From the IMG/VR virus record IMGVR_UViG_3300021492_000027: a stretch of 64,000 nt of DNA; one strand, written 5' to 3'. The stretch's first letter is position 1, and each line of letters opens with the position of its first letter. The translations under genes and the position numbers were made by a program. Source of the DNA: a virus. Shown piece after piece: positions 60,831-64,000 of this stretch. The notes beneath the pieces were generated by a model. The model saw nothing but the letters and a program-made list of their open reading frames with translations, did not search any database and was not told the origin of the DNA.

Positions 60831-61005
60831 CAACAATGATATGAGTTGACTATTTTTAACCTTTTTATTGTTTGAGCTTTTTTAATTGGTTTTGTAACAA
60901 CCATGATATGAGTTGGCTATTAATTGCAACTCTCTCAATTCCAAAAACAATTCCTCTGAGGAATTTTTAAATAGTTTTATAGCAACTATGATACGAGTTG
61001 ACAAC
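60831..61005. repeat. Three copies of the semi-palindrome CAACnATGATAyGAGTTG
   Basis: Copies start at 60831, 60898 and 60983 in an intergenic gap. Confidence 0.7.
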
Positions 61006-61719
61006 CCTAAAAATTGAAGGAGGAGCAAATGTCAGAAAAAAATAAATTATATGCAAATATAGAAGCGATAGTTTTATTGGGAGTGATAATAGCACTAACT
61101 TTGCTGTCAGCGATTCCTTTTTTTATTTCGTTGTATCTTTTTATAGGCTATTTTCTATTTTTAACAGGCTATTTCATAATTTTAATAAAAAAGCATTCTT
61201 TGAAAGAATTTTGTCCTTTTCTTGTGACTATTTTTGTAGTTTGTTATCCTTTACTAATAGTGGGATTTGTAATCAAAAAAATATTAGGAGGTGATAACAA
61301 ATGAATTTCTCATCGTGTATTGATTTTAGTATTGGAGTAGTGATGCTCACTGAAGATGAAATTGGGCAGATTAATAAAAAATAATCATCAAAATATAATA
61401 AAATGCGTGAAGAAATGATGAAATACAAATATGAAAATAAAGAAGACAAACTAAAAGACCATATAGTGTACCGAGCGCGGTCAGTAATAGTCGAGAAGCG
61501 TGACAAATACGATTCAGGCATATTCAAATTCAGGGACGTTTTTGTACGGTTCGCACGCAACAGCCTCGAACTAAGCGACCATAGCGATTTCTATCCCCAG
61601 CTAATGTATTTCCCGTTATACGAGATTTCAAAAATAGAAATGGACATAGAAGAAGAGCCAGTTAATCCTAACGAGCATAAAACATTTTATATGCATTAAA
61701 CACAAATATTTTAAACAAA

Positions 61720-62352
61720 ATGACGAAATTAGCATTAGGAGCATTAATAGCCTTAGTGTGTTTGTCTTTAGCAGCACCAGCGGTAGCATATAGTGTTTCA
61801 GGCTATGTCAAGCTCTCTTCAGATGAGCCTGTTAAAAACGCTCAGGTCAGCAACAACATAACATCCGATATAGCCATTACCGATGCAACTGGTTTTTATG
61901 TTTTGAACTTATCAGACGGCACATATCGAATAACAGCCTCAAAACAGGGCTATACAACCAACTCCACTACTATAACAGTTTCAGGTGCTGATATAGCGAA
62001 TGTGAACATAACACTGGCTACTCTCTATACCGATTATGAACTTGACTATCAGCAGTTCTTAATAGAGCGAGGCAAGGCAACCTTATGGCTATTTCTGGGC
62101 TTGCTCGGTTTGGATTTCGCGCTCATCTTGTTTTTCTTCAGAAACACACGCAACAGGATATACGGCAACATTGTAATAGGGCTGGTTTCGGTGTTTCTCA
62201 CATTCATATTAGCGCATAGAGCGTTATTATATCCAATAGAGATGCCCGATCTTGCGATGTTTTTGAATGGTGTAGCGGTTATCATGGTGATTTACAGTGT
62301 TCTATTGATTATTGAAGTCGTTATAGAGCGTTTACGCGGTTCAATCCAATGA
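61720..62352 (+). CDS. Signal peptide + carboxypeptidase-regulatory-like beta-sandwich + three TM helices
   Basis: YSVSGYV...TDATGFYVLNLSDGTYRITASKQGY. Confidence 0.75.
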   Translation: MTKLALGALIALVCLSLAAPAVAYSVSGYVKLSSDEPVKNAQVSNNITSDIAITDATGFYVLNLSDGTYRITASKQGYTTNSTTITVSGADIANVNITLATLYTDYELDYQQFLIERGKATLWLFLGLLGLDFALILFFFRNTRNRIYGNIVIGLVSVFLTFILAHRALLYPIEMPDLAMFLNGVAVIMVIYSVLLIIEVVIERLRGSIQ

Positions 62353-63523
62353 TTAAAACTTTTGTAATATCTTAAAAAAGGAGGTGATAAACTAAATGAG
62401 GAAAGATGAAAATCATGTATGGTGGTATTTAAGTATAGGATTTTTTGTCCTGTCAATATTTTACGGTATAGCATTGCTAACTTATCCTTATCAAAAAGCA
62501 GTGCTTTTACTCCCGTATGCAATACTTATATTGCTGGTTGATATATTTCTTATTTATAAAATTTGTAAAATAATCATAAAAAAGAAGTTTTATAAGCAAC
62601 AAACTCTTAGAACTAAATAGTTAGGAGCAAAAAATGCGAAGTAGAGAAAAATCTGTAATATGTGGTTTGGGAGTAGCAACAGTAATTTCTTTGCTTTATT
62701 TAAAAAATAGGAGGTGATAAGAAATGATAACCAAATTTAATAGCAAATTAGAGAAAGCAATGTGTATATTATTAGGAACATTAACAGTATTATTTTTTTC
62801 TTCAGATTTTGCAAAGTTTTTTGCTCCTTATGGAATAGCTGTGGTGACAATAATGCTTGTAACAATATTAGAACCTATAAAAAAGGCAATAGAGAATACA
62901 AAATTATCTGATCCTTCATTGGTTTTATGGGCAGTTGGATCGATATCAATGGGCTTTGCGACATTGATTTTTAGTGATTATGCAGTGTACTTAAATGTTG
63001 TTGTAATAGTTATGTTAGCAGTTACTACTTTGACATTCTTCATAATTAGAGACATTATGCCTATATTTTTTGCACCGGTAGTTGCTTTCGCAATATTTAT
63101 GAATCGTGTAGCAGAGTTTTTAGTGATATTCAATCTCTTATTATTTTTAGGAGCAATGATAAATCATAAGTTCGTCAATAAACAGATAGGTGATAAAATG
63201 CAATTGAATAAAATAGGAGGTGAGTAGCAAAAATGGTAAAGAAATTAAGTAAATTAGAATGCGCTTTAGGCATATTATTAGGAATACTATTTATAATATG
63301 CGGTGTGGAACAGCAACTCATACTATCGGGTTCGGATCAGCATGCAAAGTTCATTTCTTCAGAATTCCTAAAGTTTTTCGCTCCTTATGCTTTAGTTATA
63401 ATAGCATTGGAGCTTGTGATAATTAGTGATGTGATTAAGCAGTCAATAAAAAAGAAAAAAGAGCTAAAAGTGAACAAAATAGGTGATAAAAGTGCAGTTG
63501 AATAAATTAGGAGCTGAAATAAA

Positions 63524-63793
63524 ATGAGATACTGGAGTGCACTTTTGACGCTTGTGGTTTTGATAGTCGCAGTGATATTCATGACAATGTACGGCATATC
63601 CTCGCTTTCGGTACTGAACAGTGTAACGAACATGTCAGGTAGCCCGTATCAAGCCCAGTGGAATGCTACAACGAGCACAGCAATAACCTCTATTTCAGTT
63701 ATGCAATTATTGCCATATCTATTGATAGTAGCAGCAATAGTTTTAGGGATTTCATATCTTGCTTTTTCAGTCCGTATCAAAAAAAGCTGGTAA
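63524..63793 (+). CDS. Spindle-virus major-capsid-like protein
   Basis: 89 aa; two hydrophobic helices joined by a polar turn with sequons NMS and NAT; LLP in helix 2. Confidence 0.45.
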   Translation: MRYWSALLTLVVLIVAVIFMTMYGISSLSVLNSVTNMSGSPYQAQWNATTSTAITSISVMQLLPYLLIVAAIVLGISYLAFSVRIKKSW

Positions 63794-64000
63794 TTTTTTG
63801 AGGTAAATAGTCAGAGGAGGTAGCAAAATATAAATGCTTAAAAAAGCGATTTTAGATAAAATTATCAAAAAAGCAAAGAAGAAAGTAGAGGAAGAAGGAG
63901 CAAGAGGAATAATAATAAGAGATGAATTTGCTTATGACTATTTCATGGTCTCAGTAGAAGTAGAAGCGGAAGTAATGCCAGAATACGAATATAAAATAGG

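Larger units (their letters stand above)
58830..63505 (+). other. Array of small one- to four-TM membrane proteins
   Basis: More than ten short, hydrophobic, co-oriented ORFs. Confidence 0.6.

Noticed and set aside
60831-61005. Mini-CRISPR array
   Set aside because: The repeats are only about 18-23 nt, lack a CRISPR-like 3' end, and have unequal low-complexity gaps (44 and 62 nt).
1-64000. Genome-wide TAG recoding
   Set aside because: TAG ends several well-supported genes (for example 1660 and 3494); only one internal amber was seen.
1-64000. Head-tail morphogenesis genes, reverse transcriptase/DGR, transposases
   Set aside because: No motifs were recognised in this window; they could lie outside it.

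Overview
This window is 64 kb of an AT-rich, densely packed genome in which almost every gene lies on the + strand. It reads as part of a large dsDNA virus of an anaerobic euryarchaeon. The AGGAGGTGA ribosome-binding sites, split-type RNA polymerase subunit, class III RNR, and cohesin/dockerin and beta-helix surface domains suggest a Methanosarcinales/ANME-like host (inference). It carries a near-complete archaeal-type replisome: PolB split into two genes, a PCNA-like clamp, RFC small and large subunits, a PriS-PriL-CTD primase, an RPA-like protein, an XPD/DinG helicase, ERCC4, Cas4-like and Hjc-like nucleases. It also carries NrdD, a dUTPase/dCTP deaminase, three DNA methyltransferase genes (one a remnant), a minimal tyrosine recombinase, a glycosylation/modification cluster, two islands of small very basic proteins (one Cc1-like), many paralogous small membrane proteins, a degenerate tRNA-Lys(UUU), and a spindle-virus MCP-like ORF. 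No terminase, portal or HK97 capsid gene was recognised. The most unusual signals are (1) a stand-alone viral RNA polymerase subunit Rpo1C (A'') with an intact trigger-loop His but a deleted jaw domain, and (2) just downstream, two paralogous tRNA-like RNAs sharing a covarying four-way-junction scaffold in which the anticodon arm is replaced by different payloads. All family calls are by eye from motifs; no database searches were run.
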